DNA of 64,000 bases from a virus, in the IMG/VR virus record IMGVR_UViG_3300040971_000026, positions 2,306 through 66,305 of that record. One strand, given 5' to 3'. Below are positions 9,485 through 20,055 of this stretch, piece after piece. The stretch's first letter is position 1, and the number at the start of each line of letters is the position of its first letter. The notes beneath the pieces were generated by a model. It did not search any database and had not been told where the DNA came from. It saw only the letters and a program-made list of their open reading frames with translations. A program made the position numbers and the translations under genes.

Positions 9485-9526
9485 ATTGTGAATAATTACA
9501 GTATTCTTCTGTAAATTCAAATATAT

Positions 9527-10228
9527 ATGAAAAGGAGAGTTTCTATGAATGAACTCTATGACGAAAAAACAGTATTACACACGAAGCGAGAAGTGGACGA
9601 GTGGGTTCAAGTTGAAAACTTAACCGGAAGAGTGCTGACAATCAATAAAGAAATAAACGAAGATATCTTAGAAACTGTAAGCGAGCATATCCTTAAGTGG
9701 AATCGAGAAGATTCTGAGGTAATTCAGGCTGTTTTAACTGAAATATCTAAGTACGTAGACCCAGAAACCATTGATTATAAGGCTGTAGTATCTGAATATA
9801 CAAAACCCATAACACTAAAACTTTCTACTGTAGGTGGAAGTGTAGTTGATGGGCTTGGATTAATCGATATTATTCAAAACTCTGCAACTCCTATAATTGG
9901 AATCAATATGGCCAAATGCTATAGTATGGGTGCTTATATGTTATCTGCCTGTCATCTTAGGTATTCAATGCCAAACGCAAGTATACTTTTCCACGATGGT
10001 AATTTTGGAGATTTCGACACTACAAACAAGGTTCTTGATTATGCCAAATACGTAGAACGTTTGCATGAGCGAATGAAGAATATTGTACTAGAAAATACAG
10101 AAATAACGGAAGAAGTCTATGAGGCAAACAAGCGAACTGAGTTTTATATGTTCCCCGAAGAAGCTATCAGGTTTGGTGTAATTGATGGAATAATTGGAAA
10201 AGATATACAATTATCAGATATATTATAA
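9527..10228 (+). CDS. clpP: ClpP-family protease subunit
   Basis: GGSVVDG, CYSMGA (catalytic Ser), SMPNASILFH (His), EAIRFGVIDGII. Confidence 0.85.
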   Translation: MKRRVSMNELYDEKTVLHTKREVDEWVQVENLTGRVLTINKEINEDILETVSEHILKWNREDSEVIQAVLTEISKYVDPETIDYKAVVSEYTKPITLKLSTVGGSVVDGLGLIDIIQNSATPIIGINMAKCYSMGAYMLSACHLRYSMPNASILFHDGNFGDFDTTNKVLDYAKYVERLHERMKNIVLENTEITEEVYEANKRTEFYMFPEEAIRFGVIDGIIGKDIQLSDIL

Positions 10229-10248
10229 TTTGAAGGGAAGAATGTAAT

Positions 10249-10425
10249 TTGAAAACTGTTAAAAGAGATGATATGCGAGAAATAGCTTTAAAGATGTATC
10301 CTAATTTACCATTTGACAAAGCAATGGCTTTATTGCGTGACCAATATTTAGTAGTTCCATTACGTATGGGGCATGGTAAAAAGCATTACAATATCATGGA
10401 TAAACTAATAACTTACTTGGACTGA
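10249..10425 (+). CDS. Small hypothetical protein (58 aa, not in the ORF track)
   Basis: TTG start after GAAGGGAAG; fills the gap between clpP and phoH. Confidence 0.55.
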   Translation: MKTVKRDDMREIALKMYPNLPFDKAMALLRDQYLVVPLRMGHGKKHYNIMDKLITYLD

Positions 10426-10456
10426 CAAAATATAAGACGAAAGAAGGAAACTCTTT

Positions 10457-11698
10457 TTGAAAAAAATTACGATAGATACCAATATTTTTATGAATGAGCC
10501 TCATTTATTAGGTGAATATTTGAATGAATGCAAAGTTATAATCCCATTGGTCGTATTGGAAGAGCTTGACAACTTAAACCATAAGGATAATGCAACTAAG
10601 GCGTATTATGCTAGAAGAGGCATAAAAGAAATAAACAAACATTTAAACCATAAGAATATAGTTTTTGACAACACAGAAGATGCGTCTTTAAAAAATGATA
10701 ATTTAATATTAAATATTGCCAAAGAAAATGATTCATCTATATTGACAATAGATTTAGCTATGAAAATGAAGGCTAAATTCAAAGGTATTGAGATTGAGAA
10801 ATATGAGTCAAAAGATAATAGAAATTCAGATTCTCAATATAAGGGGTATCAAATATTAGAATTAGACCTATCTGATGATATGGATAGTTTTTTATTGTCT
10901 AGTATGTATAGTGGTACTATTGAATTAGAAGAATATGAAGATTTAGAATTAATGGAAAATGAATACTTAATCATAAAGGATTTAGAGAATAGTAAATATA
11001 TTGACGCATTTAAGTACAAAGGTGGAAAACTATTAAAAGTAGAGCCTAAAAATTTAAATAGTCAACATTTTGGCAAAGTTAGAGCCAAGGATATGGTTCA
11101 AACAATTGCTATAGATAATTTGTTTTCAAACCAAATAAAGACAGTCAAAGGGAGAGCTGGCTCTGGCAAGACTTTTCTTTCATTGGCGTATTGCTTTAAT
11201 CAATTACAATCTGGCAAGCGTGACAAGGTAATATTTTTTGTAAACCCCGCAGCAAGTAGAAACTCTGTGGAGCTTGGGTTTTACCCTGGCAGTCGTCTTG
11301 AAAAGATTCTTGACACTAATGTCGGCACAATGCTTGGAGCTAAATTTGGTGGTAAAGAGGGCTTATTGAGAGCCGTAGAGGATGGCAACATAGAAATACT
11401 TCCATTTGCAGATATTAGGGGATATGATTCTACTGGTCAAAATGCAATAATCTATATATTAGAGTCTCAGAACTTAGACATAGAATTAATGAAGAACGGC
11501 TTGCAAAGGGTTGGCGAAGATTGCGAAGTTATAATTGATGGTGATTCTGAAACGCAGGTTGATAAAGATGCTTATGCTAATGGAAACAATGGAATGAAAA
11601 GAATGTCTGAAGTATTTAGAGGTTCTGATTTATATGGCGAAGTTGAACTAAAAACAATATATAGAAGCAAGATAGCGAATTTAGCAGATATGATGTAG
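10457..11698 (+). CDS. phoH: PIN-domain PhoH-like ATPase (PhoH2 type)
   Basis: N-terminal PIN (IDTN...VVLEELD), Walker A GRAGSGKT, LGFYPG, IRGY, ESQN, GDSETQVD. Confidence 0.88.
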   Translation: MKKITIDTNIFMNEPHLLGEYLNECKVIIPLVVLEELDNLNHKDNATKAYYARRGIKEINKHLNHKNIVFDNTEDASLKNDNLILNIAKENDSSILTIDLAMKMKAKFKGIEIEKYESKDNRNSDSQYKGYQILELDLSDDMDSFLLSSMYSGTIELEEYEDLELMENEYLIIKDLENSKYIDAFKYKGGKLLKVEPKNLNSQHFGKVRAKDMVQTIAIDNLFSNQIKTVKGRAGSGKTFLSLAYCFNQLQSGKRDKVIFFVNPAASRNSVELGFYPGSRLEKILDTNVGTMLGAKFGGKEGLLRAVEDGNIEILPFADIRGYDSTGQNAIIYILESQNLDIELMKNGLQRVGEDCEVIIDGDSETQVDKDAYANGNNGMKRMSEVFRGSDLYGEVELKTIYRSKIANLADMM

Positions 11699-11721
11699 TT
11701 AATTTGAAAAGGAGATAAATT

Positions 11722-11922
11722 ATGAAAGAAAGAGTAAATGTATTAAGTTATAAACAAAAAGGTGAGCTTATATCTATAGGCGATGAAGTTATAGAAACAA
11801 TCAAAAAAGATGATAACGATTATACCGACTTGAGTCAATTTGTGAAAGATGTTCAAGCGTTTTGTACTGAAAATATGGGAAAGCAGATTGAGGTTAATTT
11901 TACGATTAAATGTGTAGAATAA
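11722..11922 (+). CDS. YonK-like small protein
   Basis: 66 aa, immediately upstream of the YonJ-like phosphoesterase as in SPbeta; call from synteny and size. Confidence 0.5.
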   Translation: MKERVNVLSYKQKGELISIGDEVIETIKKDDNDYTDLSQFVKDVQAFCTENMGKQIEVNFTIKCVE

Positions 11923-11935
11923 TCTGAAAGGATGT

Positions 11936-13126
11936 GTGTTTTTGAATTTTGAAAGACAAGTTGACGAAACGGAAGAGCATTTTATATGGAGAGTATATTC
12001 TTATTTAAAAGAAACTGGCAACATAACCACTAGACAAGCCGGAGATATTTGTAATAAAGAGTTAAAATTAGATTATGATGAGTCTAGACATAGAAAAATA
12101 TATGAAAGTTTTTTAAAAGTGTGGGAACACGTAAAAGATGAATATATTACAGATGATGGTATATTGAGTCAATTAGACGATATTGATGAAAGAAAAGATG
12201 GTTTATATAAACAACAGGTTAAGACTAGCGATGCTTTAAGAGAATATAGAAAAACTCTTAGAAATGAAGCTAGGGTTGATAACATAAAGGCTATGTTTAA
12301 AGATGCTTATGCGAATTCGGATGAAGTTGTATTTGAAAAGTACGAAGAAAAGCATAGTGGCTCTAAATCGTCGATATTAATGCTGTCTGACTTCCATGTT
12401 GGTTTAGAAATTAATAATTATTGGAATACCTACAACAAAGACGTTTTTGAATGTAGGATTAAGTCAGTTGTAAAAAAGGTTATTAAAAATGCCAAACTAT
12501 TAGACATAAGAACGCTATATGTAGTAAGTCTAGGAGATTTAATAAGTGGTTCTATCCATGCAACCACAAGACTTGCAGAAGAAATGGATACACTAGACCA
12601 AGTTATGTATGTGGCTAAAACCATGAAAAATCTGTTAATAGAATTATCTGATTTTGGTCTAGATATAAAGTATATTTCTGTTGTTGGAAATCATGACCGA
12701 TTAAACAAGGTTTATAAAGAGCACATAGAAAAAGAATCTTTTAATAAATTAGTGGATTGGTATATTTGCGATAAAATAGATGATGGAATAATCAAGGCTG
12801 AATACATTGATAATAAAATAGATGAAGAAATAAGTCTTTTTGAAATCAATGGTAAGAATTGCATTGCAGTTCATGGTCATAATGATAATGTTGCATCTGT
12901 GTTAGATAACATGATACAGGCAACTAGGATAATTCCAGATTTTATATTTATGGGACACTACCATTCAAAAGTTACAAAGACGGATGGAAATGCTACCATA
13001 TTTGTTAATGGGTCTTTAGTTGGAGTTGACGAATACGCTAAAACAAAAAGGTATTTTTCGAAGCCAGCACAATCTTTAATAGTTTTTGATGATGAAGACG
13101 TTATTGACATTAAACTAAATCTCTGA
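11936..13126 (+). CDS. Calcineurin-like metallophosphoesterase (YonJ-like)
   Basis: SDFH, LGD, GNHD, HGH and GHYH motifs; N-terminal coiled coil. Confidence 0.85.
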   Translation: MFLNFERQVDETEEHFIWRVYSYLKETGNITTRQAGDICNKELKLDYDESRHRKIYESFLKVWEHVKDEYITDDGILSQLDDIDERKDGLYKQQVKTSDALREYRKTLRNEARVDNIKAMFKDAYANSDEVVFEKYEEKHSGSKSSILMLSDFHVGLEINNYWNTYNKDVFECRIKSVVKKVIKNAKLLDIRTLYVVSLGDLISGSIHATTRLAEEMDTLDQVMYVAKTMKNLLIELSDFGLDIKYISVVGNHDRLNKVYKEHIEKESFNKLVDWYICDKIDDGIIKAEYIDNKIDEEISLFEINGKNCIAVHGHNDNVASVLDNMIQATRIIPDFIFMGHYHSKVTKTDGNATIFVNGSLVGVDEYAKTKRYFSKPAQSLIVFDDEDVIDIKLNL

Positions 13127-13131
13127 GGGGA

Positions 13132-13359
13132 ATGAATATTTTGAAAGACGTAATTCCATTGACCAGTGAGCAAAGAGAAGCGAATCTGTTTATTCGCAAT
13201 ATGCTAAAAGCAAAGGCGGATAAAGCAAATGTTAATCCTAGTTATTTTGAGAGTATATATAAAATGCTACGACCAAATGACGAATATGAAGACGGATGTA
13301 TGCTTGGTGGCGTAAAAATAATTTTTAACGAAAAGATAAAGAAGTATTATTTTAACTAG
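13132..13359 (+). CDS. Hypothetical protein
   Basis: 75-aa ORF in the operon. Confidence 0.6.
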   Translation: MNILKDVIPLTSEQREANLFIRNMLKAKADKANVNPSYFESIYKMLRPNDEYEDGCMLGGVKIIFNEKIKKYYFN

Positions 13360-13397
13360 GGTATGGTGTATTTGGGGTTCGATTCCCCAAAGCCCTA
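13357..13397 (+). other. tRNA T-arm-like hairpin
   Basis: TTTGGGG-TTCGATT-CCCCAAA enclosed by TAGGG/CCCTA. Confidence 0.45.
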
Positions 13398-13429
13398 TTT
13401 TACAATTTGAACAAATATAATTTGAAGGA

Positions 13430-14437
13430 GTGAACAACATGGCAATAACTAAACATAGATGCGTAATGTGTGGGAAAAGAAAAGCTTCTAGTGAATACTA
13501 TTTGGCTAAATCTAGTATTTTTAAAGGTAATGTGAGTGATGATGGCAGAGCCTTATATCCTTGGTGCAAAGATTGTATGGTTGAAACTTATGATTACTAT
13601 GCAAGATTCACAGATATAGAACGAGAGGTATTTATACAAGTATGCGCTAAGTTTGACATACCTTTTAGTGAGCCTATGATGACGGCATCATTAAATACTA
13701 GCGTTCATCCATTAAAAATGTATTTGAGACAATTAAACTCATTTGGAGATAAAAATGGAGTTTCAGATTCATTTAGAATTCCACAATTTTGGTTAGAATC
13801 AGAACGTGTTAAAGACGATGAGGATGGCTCTATTACTAGGCATGACGGCGCAAAACTTAAGTCTAAATGGGGAGATTATGATTATTCAGTATTAGTTAGG
13901 TTTGAGGAAAAATATTTATTTCTAAAGAATAACTATAGGGAATCAACAAACATGCATACCGAGGCATTGCTTCGATACATAAGGTATTCTGTGTTGGAAG
14001 AAAAGGCGAATGAAGACCTTGATACAGCTTCGGCAAAGATATATAATGACTTGGCGAATAAGGCTGCTACTGCCGCCAAAATAAATCCTAGTCAATTATC
14101 CAAAGCGGATTTAACAGAAGGATTAAATAGTTTCTCCGAATTGTCTTTAGCGATAGAACGGGCTACCGACGTTGTTAGAATATTGCCCAAATTTAAATAT
14201 AGACCAAACGATGCTCTTGATTTTACAATATGGTGCTACGTAAATTATGAACGCAACCTAAACGGCCTTCCAGAAGTTGACTACGAAGAAGTTTATAAGT
14301 TCTATGATAGAAAAGTTGAGGAATATATACGTCAATATGGAGACCCAACTGGTATATTTTCGGAAGATACAACCAAAAATAATAGGGATGTAATAAAGGA
14401 ATTCATAAAGCCACCTGTTGAGGATGGTGAAAAATAA
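13430..14437 (+). CDS. Putative terminase small subunit (YonG-like, Zn finger)
   Basis: CVMC...CKDC N-terminus; overlaps the TerL start; SPbeta-like synteny. Confidence 0.6.
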   Translation: MNNMAITKHRCVMCGKRKASSEYYLAKSSIFKGNVSDDGRALYPWCKDCMVETYDYYARFTDIEREVFIQVCAKFDIPFSEPMMTASLNTSVHPLKMYLRQLNSFGDKNGVSDSFRIPQFWLESERVKDDEDGSITRHDGAKLKSKWGDYDYSVLVRFEEKYLFLKNNYRESTNMHTEALLRYIRYSVLEEKANEDLDTASAKIYNDLANKAATAAKINPSQLSKADLTEGLNSFSELSLAIERATDVVRILPKFKYRPNDALDFTIWCYVNYERNLNGLPEVDYEEVYKFYDRKVEEYIRQYGDPTGIFSEDTTKNNRDVIKEFIKPPVEDGEK

Positions 14438-16161
14438 TGGCTTCATATTCAAATTTTCAAAGCAAAAATGCAAAATATACAGAACAGCTAAATAGAAGCG
14501 CTCACGACCCCGAATTTAATCCAACGGTTAGCGCAATGGGCGAGGGAGATTCTAGTAGGCTAGAAGATAGCATGGAAAAGTATATTGAGTTTTTATCTTG
14601 GGCTAGATTTTATCCAGACCTTTGGTTGGACTTAATTAAACCTAAGACTGGCGGGTTAAAACTACATTCAGACCAAAGAATATTCTTGCGGTCAATAGTT
14701 AGATTTGTGAGTCTTTATGGTGTCTTCCCAAGGGGATGGGGCAAAACTTTTAACGAGGTTTTAGCAATGTATGTAGTTTCTGTGCTGTTCCCAAATATGG
14801 AACAAGCTTTGACTGCACAAACATTATCTAATGCTGCTTCATTATTAAAGAGTAAACACTCCGAGATAATTAAATATTATCCTTGGTTTGAAAATGAGAT
14901 ATATAGACCGAAATTTAGTAAGGACAGTGCCGAGGTTATGTTCTTAAATGGGTCTTTAATTAGAATTCTAGCTAACTCTCAAACATCAAAAGGTCAAAGA
15001 GCTAGACGTATCCAAATAGAAGAAAGTGCGCTATTAAATAACGACTTGTTTGAGGACGCATTAGAGCCAATTGTCGAAATAGGTAGAACTACTTCTGGCG
15101 AGCTTGCAATAGTAAACCCAGAAGAGTTGAATCAACAGATAAACTTTTTTACCACCTCTGGGTTCAAGGGTACAGATGAGCACTCTAGAAATCAAAAGAT
15201 GTGCAAGGGCATGATAAATCTTAGCGGAGAAATGGTGCTAGGCTCTAACTGGATGCTTGGATGCTGGAATGGTAGGGGTTCAAATAAGAAGCAGATATAT
15301 AAAAAGAAAAAGAATACTTCGGCGGTTGCATTTGCTCAAAACTATGAGTCCAAATGGGTTGGAAGTGTAGAAAACTCTCTTGTAGATATTCAGAGTCTTA
15401 TGAAGACCAGAACGCTTACCGAGCCAGTTTTTGAGCCTAGAAAAGGGCTTGAATATTATATGGGCGTCGACGTTGCTAGGTCACAAACAAGCGCAAATAA
15501 CCAAAGTTCAGTATCTATTATAGAGGTTGAAAGATATTCTACGGGCAAGGTGAAGTATGCGAACTTGGTTAATTTAGTAAATATATCTAATACTAAAAAC
15601 TTTAATGACCAGGCGATAGAAATTAAAAGATTAAGGAATAAATATAACGCAAAGATAGTTGTAGTCGATGGTAATGGATTAGGCGTAGGGCTACTAGATA
15701 CGCTACTTCAGTCCCAAAAAGACCCACACACAGGGGAAAGATTAAAAGCGTGGAATACGATAAATACTGACTCTTCACCGGATGATAAGGATTATGAAGA
15801 TTGTTTATATGATTTAAAATCTCAGGGCATAAATGCTAATATAATTGTAAATTTTATAGATTATGTTGACGGTGGCAAACTTCGTATCTTAGAGAAAAGA
15901 AGTTATGCTGATTATGACATAGATGATAAGAAGCATTACGAAGAAAAGATATTGCCGTATGTTCAAACTGACTTTTTGATAGAGGAAATAGTAAACCTTC
16001 AATTCCTTGAGGGGAAAAGAATAAAGCAAATGGTAAGGAAAATAAATAAAGATAGATATTCTTCATTATCCTATATCTTATGGTATATAAAAGAGTTTGA
16101 AGATACTTTAATCGAAAAAGACGACCAGTCAGATATTGATTATTTATCACAATATTTATAG
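14437..16161 (+). CDS. terL: Terminase large subunit
   Basis: Walker A PRGWGKT, Walker B IQIEES, RNase H-like GVDVARS, VVDGNG, KDRYS. Confidence 0.92.
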   Translation: MASYSNFQSKNAKYTEQLNRSAHDPEFNPTVSAMGEGDSSRLEDSMEKYIEFLSWARFYPDLWLDLIKPKTGGLKLHSDQRIFLRSIVRFVSLYGVFPRGWGKTFNEVLAMYVVSVLFPNMEQALTAQTLSNAASLLKSKHSEIIKYYPWFENEIYRPKFSKDSAEVMFLNGSLIRILANSQTSKGQRARRIQIEESALLNNDLFEDALEPIVEIGRTTSGELAIVNPEELNQQINFFTTSGFKGTDEHSRNQKMCKGMINLSGEMVLGSNWMLGCWNGRGSNKKQIYKKKKNTSAVAFAQNYESKWVGSVENSLVDIQSLMKTRTLTEPVFEPRKGLEYYMGVDVARSQTSANNQSSVSIIEVERYSTGKVKYANLVNLVNISNTKNFNDQAIEIKRLRNKYNAKIVVVDGNGLGVGLLDTLLQSQKDPHTGERLKAWNTINTDSSPDDKDYEDCLYDLKSQGINANIIVNFIDYVDGGKLRILEKRSYADYDIDDKKHYEEKILPYVQTDFLIEEIVNLQFLEGKRIKQMVRKINKDRYSSLSYILWYIKEFEDTLIEKDDQSDIDYLSQYL

Positions 16162-16178
16162 AAATTTGGAGGTGACGT

Positions 16179-17705
16179 ATGGCGAAAAAAGAACTAAGTG
16201 AACAAGAAGTGTGGGATGTTCTTGAATTTGCAAGAAATATATCTCCGCATTATGGGAATTATTTTTCCCCAGACATGATTAATTCATCTCTAAAAGATAT
16301 AAATGTTAATCCATTGATGGCAGACCAGTCTAAGATAGAAGAGGCATTTAAGAATCCCAAAGAAAATGAAAAGAATTTTAGAGGATATAGCCAATATTTT
16401 GAATTAATAGACATGGTATATAAGCGCGCAAAAGATTATATGGGGAATATGCTTTCCTATGACTTGACCTATTATCCAATAAATGCAAGTGCTGAAGATA
16501 TGAAAAAGACGACTTACAAAAAAGACATTGCAAAACTAAATGACTTTTTAGAGAAATTTAATCATAAAAAGGAATTTGCTAGAGCAAGTCGTCAAATGAT
16601 GTCGCAAGAGGGGTTCTTTTCAGTACTTAGAACCGATGGGGACAAATATGTTCTACAAGAGCTACCTATTGATTATTGCAAAATAACTGGTCGATGGGAA
16701 TATGGATTCTTATTTGATTTTGATATGTATTGGTTTTCACAACCATCAGTAGATTTGAGGATGTATCCAGATATATTCAAGGAGATGTATAATAGTTGGA
16801 AAGACCAACGACAATATAATCCGAGTAAACCTGTTGGCGGAAGAAATACCGGTTTCGCGTATTGGGTTCAAACAGACCCAGAGGATAATTTTTGGGCATG
16901 GAAATTCAATCCAGACAATACGCTTATGATTCCATATTTAACACCACTACTTAGCGATGTATCCTTACGTCCGTTGATACGTAATTTGCAAAAGAATGTG
17001 TACGTATTACAGGCTCAAAGATTAGTTATAGGTTTAATTCCGTTACTAAAAGAGACTAAATCTGGTAGCGTAAAAGATGCTCTTGCGGTATCACCCGAAA
17101 CAATGGGTAAATTCTTGGGATTAATGAGACAAGGGCTAGACGATGCCATAAAGATTAGTGGTGCTCCGTTTGAAGATGTTAAATCTATAGATTTTGATTC
17201 TACTGACAAAGATATATTGAATACTTATACCAAGACCACAGCTTCAACTGCGGTATCTGGTGGTAGGTTAATATATTCTGGCGATAAACAAACATCTTTG
17301 GAAACTCAGTTATCTGTTGCCGTAGATGAAATTATGGCGGCATATATATATCCATATTTTGAGGATTTCTTAGAGTATCATATCAATAAATTAACGACTA
17401 CTTATAAATTTAGGTTTAAATTAGAGGGCACAAAATTACCTGATAATAAGAAGAAGCGATTCGAGCAAGCTATGGCTTTGGCTGATAAGGGTATAGTATT
17501 GCCACAAAAAATAGCGGCATCAGTTGGCATGTCTATGAAGGAAATGGAATGTCAGATGGATATGGCTTCATCTTCTGAATTTACAAGCAAATTAATGAGT
17601 ATGATAAATGTTTACACTCAAAGTAGTGGAAAGCAAGGTGGCGGTCAAGAAAAGGATGCCACTGAATTAACGGATAATGGTTTGGCCAGTAAGGATGCGA
17701 GGTGA
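16179..17705 (+). CDS. Portal protein
   Basis: 508 aa directly after TerL; LPIDYCKI motif. Confidence 0.8.
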   Translation: MAKKELSEQEVWDVLEFARNISPHYGNYFSPDMINSSLKDINVNPLMADQSKIEEAFKNPKENEKNFRGYSQYFELIDMVYKRAKDYMGNMLSYDLTYYPINASAEDMKKTTYKKDIAKLNDFLEKFNHKKEFARASRQMMSQEGFFSVLRTDGDKYVLQELPIDYCKITGRWEYGFLFDFDMYWFSQPSVDLRMYPDIFKEMYNSWKDQRQYNPSKPVGGRNTGFAYWVQTDPEDNFWAWKFNPDNTLMIPYLTPLLSDVSLRPLIRNLQKNVYVLQAQRLVIGLIPLLKETKSGSVKDALAVSPETMGKFLGLMRQGLDDAIKISGAPFEDVKSIDFDSTDKDILNTYTKTTASTAVSGGRLIYSGDKQTSLETQLSVAVDEIMAAYIYPYFEDFLEYHINKLTTTYKFRFKLEGTKLPDNKKKRFEQAMALADKGIVLPQKIAASVGMSMKEMECQMDMASSSEFTSKLMSMINVYTQSSGKQGGGQEKDATELTDNGLASKDAR

Positions 17706-17709
17706 TTAT

Positions 17710-17913
17710 ATGTATGTAATTAATTCTGATAAACTAATTAATATATTTACGTGTAAGAAACCTATGGCTAATTACTTAATGAAGAATGGGTTAATACCAA
17801 TTTCCGTAAACGGAACTGATTATAAATTTGTCAAAAGTGGCGAGCTGATAGGTTATTTTGAAAAAGCCCCTTTTTATTTGAAAATAGTAGAGAGGGTGTG
17901 TAAAAATGGCTAA
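17710..17913 (+). CDS. Small hypothetical protein
   Basis: ATG at 17710 after GAGGTG; bridges the portal and protease genes. Confidence 0.6.
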   Translation: MYVINSDKLINIFTCKKPMANYLMKNGLIPISVNGTDYKFVKSGELIGYFEKAPFYLKIVERVCKNG

Positions 17914-19129
17914 TAAGGTTTTAAACTTTGAAATAGAAAAGTATGACTTAGTTGAGATGGCTGACTCAGACATTATGACGGTTAAATTACAAATAGTTTC
18001 CGAGGGAAATAATAGACATAATTTGCCAATACCTTGGAGTGCAATTGAGAAAGCTATGCCTACACTAGTTGGCAAGCCTATCGTTGCGAAATATAACCGA
18101 TGGACTAAAGATTTAATGGGTCACGAAGTTGATGAAGTGCCGATTGGCGTCATATTAACTCCAGAAAGTATTTTTGTAGAGGAAATTGACGGAAAGCGTT
18201 GGCTTTGTGCTATAGGTAATATTTGGATGGGTTATAGCCAAGAAGTTACTGGCGTGCTAATTCGTGACATGTTAAAAGGTCTTAGCATGGAAATATATGT
18301 AGTGGAGCAAGATGAAACAGACGAATCTATACTTGCGTTTGTATTCAAAGGAATTACTTTAATTGGTTCAGATAGAAACCCAGCAGTTCCAAACGCAAAA
18401 GTAGAAGTGCTGACATTTGAAGTGGTTAAAGATGAGATAGAGAAGCGTGTATCGTTTGATGCTGATTCCAAAATTCTATCAGATGATTTTGTAGATAGAA
18501 TAGCTGACAAATTGTATAAAAAATTTCAAGAGAAGGACGGTGAAAGAATGGAAGAAAAGATGGAAGAGATGGAGTGCGGTGAAAAGAAAATGGAAGAAGA
18601 AGTTGAGGTTGAAGCAGTAGAGGAAAAAATGACTGCCGATGCTAACGTGGAAGCCGTCGCTCAAGAAAAAATGCAAGAAGATGTGGCAGAAGAACAAAGG
18701 GAAATTGCAAAAGAGGAAAACGCTCCGGCTATGATGGAAGTAGAAGTTGCTAAGTATGAAGAGTTAGAAGAAAAGGTAAAAGAGTTTTCTGCATTGGAAG
18801 AAAAAATTGTTAATTTAGAGGGTGAGTTAAAAACTTACTCTGATGAATTAGAATCTTTACGTGAATTTAAAGCTAATTACGATACTAGTCTTTTTGAAGC
18901 AGAAGTGGAGTCTACTTTTGCGGAAGTGGTTGACGATATGCCTAAAGAAGAAGTTGAAAAATTTAGAGCGGAAGCAAAGAATTATACAATCGAAAATATT
19001 CAAGATTGGAAAAATCAAGTCCATGCGAAAGCTTACACATACACTAAGGGCGGAAAATCTGAAAAGAAACATATCCGAATAGATATTCCTACCGAAACAA
19101 AACAAAAGTCTAACGGACTTTGGGATTAA
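17906..19129 (+). CDS. Prohead protease/scaffold (YonD-like)
   Basis: N-terminal GKPIV, GHE, SMEI, G..PAVP protease-like motifs; acidic coiled-coil C-terminus. Confidence 0.75.
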   Translation: MANKVLNFEIEKYDLVEMADSDIMTVKLQIVSEGNNRHNLPIPWSAIEKAMPTLVGKPIVAKYNRWTKDLMGHEVDEVPIGVILTPESIFVEEIDGKRWLCAIGNIWMGYSQEVTGVLIRDMLKGLSMEIYVVEQDETDESILAFVFKGITLIGSDRNPAVPNAKVEVLTFEVVKDEIEKRVSFDADSKILSDDFVDRIADKLYKKFQEKDGERMEEKMEEMECGEKKMEEEVEVEAVEEKMTADANVEAVAQEKMQEDVAEEQREIAKEENAPAMMEVEVAKYEELEEKVKEFSALEEKIVNLEGELKTYSDELESLREFKANYDTSLFEAEVESTFAEVVDDMPKEEVEKFRAEAKNYTIENIQDWKNQVHAKAYTYTKGGKSEKKHIRIDIPTETKQKSNGLWD

Positions 19130-19151
19130 TTGACAAGGGGGCGTATTTGTT

Positions 19152-19475
19152 TTGGCTATAACAACTAACTTAGAAGATGCTTTGAACAATATGTGTATTT
19201 CCGCAAAAAGACATTCCTTGGGAACTGTAGTTAAAGGGTTGCAGGGAGTAAAGAATGGCTCAGTTGTAGTAAGTGCAGCACAAGAAACAGCAGGAGAGGC
19301 AGTTATCGCAACTGGCTTAGATGCAATAACTGGTTTTATTGTTCAAGTATATCGTGCGAATATTTTGCTTGGTAGTTATGATGTTCAAGCAACCGATGGG
19401 GATTTAGCAATAGCAACAAACGGAACTGACTACGTTGTCACAGAAAATGACGTAATCAACTATACTGTTTATTAA
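19152..19475 (+). CDS. Head-associated structural protein (fibre/decoration)
   Basis: 107-aa beta-rich ORF in the head module. Confidence 0.5.
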   Translation: MAITTNLEDALNNMCISAKRHSLGTVVKGLQGVKNGSVVVSAAQETAGEAVIATGLDAITGFIVQVYRANILLGSYDVQATDGDLAIATNGTDYVVTENDVINYTVY

Positions 19476-19496
19476 AAATAAGGAGGAAATAATATT

Positions 19497-20027
19497 ATGG
19501 CAAACGGAATTTTAATTCAAAGTGCAGTACAAGCAAAAGATATCGACGCATTAAATAGAGCGGCAGTAGCAGCAGTTGACGTTCAAAATGGTAGTGTATT
19601 AAATTTAACAGGTTATTCAACAACTGCAGGTGAAAGCGAAGTATGGGCAGCGGAAGCTCCTACTACTGGAAATCTTTCTAATCTATGGATGGCTTGTAGC
19701 CCAGAAGTTGTAGTAACCGACGGAAAATACAAGGGTATTGACGTAGACCCTCGTAATTTTGTAAATACTGCTGGCGATGTGTTTGACGTATTCAAACCAC
19801 AGCTTGGCGACATTGTACTTATGTCTGTCGATGCTGTTGGCGGAACCAAGTCTACTAACACATTTGTAGTTGCTACTAATGCAGAACTTAAATTACAATG
19901 GGCGGCTGCGGCTGTTTCTGGTGTATCTCTTGAGTTAATAGAAGAAACAACTATGTCAATTGGAACTGGAGCAATCGGTAGCAATAAAGTAACGGCTTAT
20001 AAATTTGAAGTCGTAGCAGTTGCCTAA
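19497..20027 (+). CDS. Capsid decoration/cement protein (YonC-like)
   Basis: 176 aa, Ala/Val/Thr-rich, strong RBS, precedes the MCP. Confidence 0.65.
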   Translation: MANGILIQSAVQAKDIDALNRAAVAAVDVQNGSVLNLTGYSTTAGESEVWAAEAPTTGNLSNLWMACSPEVVVTDGKYKGIDVDPRNFVNTAGDVFDVFKPQLGDIVLMSVDAVGGTKSTNTFVVATNAELKLQWAAAAVSGVSLELIEETTMSIGTGAIGSNKVTAYKFEVVAVA

Positions 20028-20055
20028 CTAATACAAAATAAGGAGGATTAAAACT

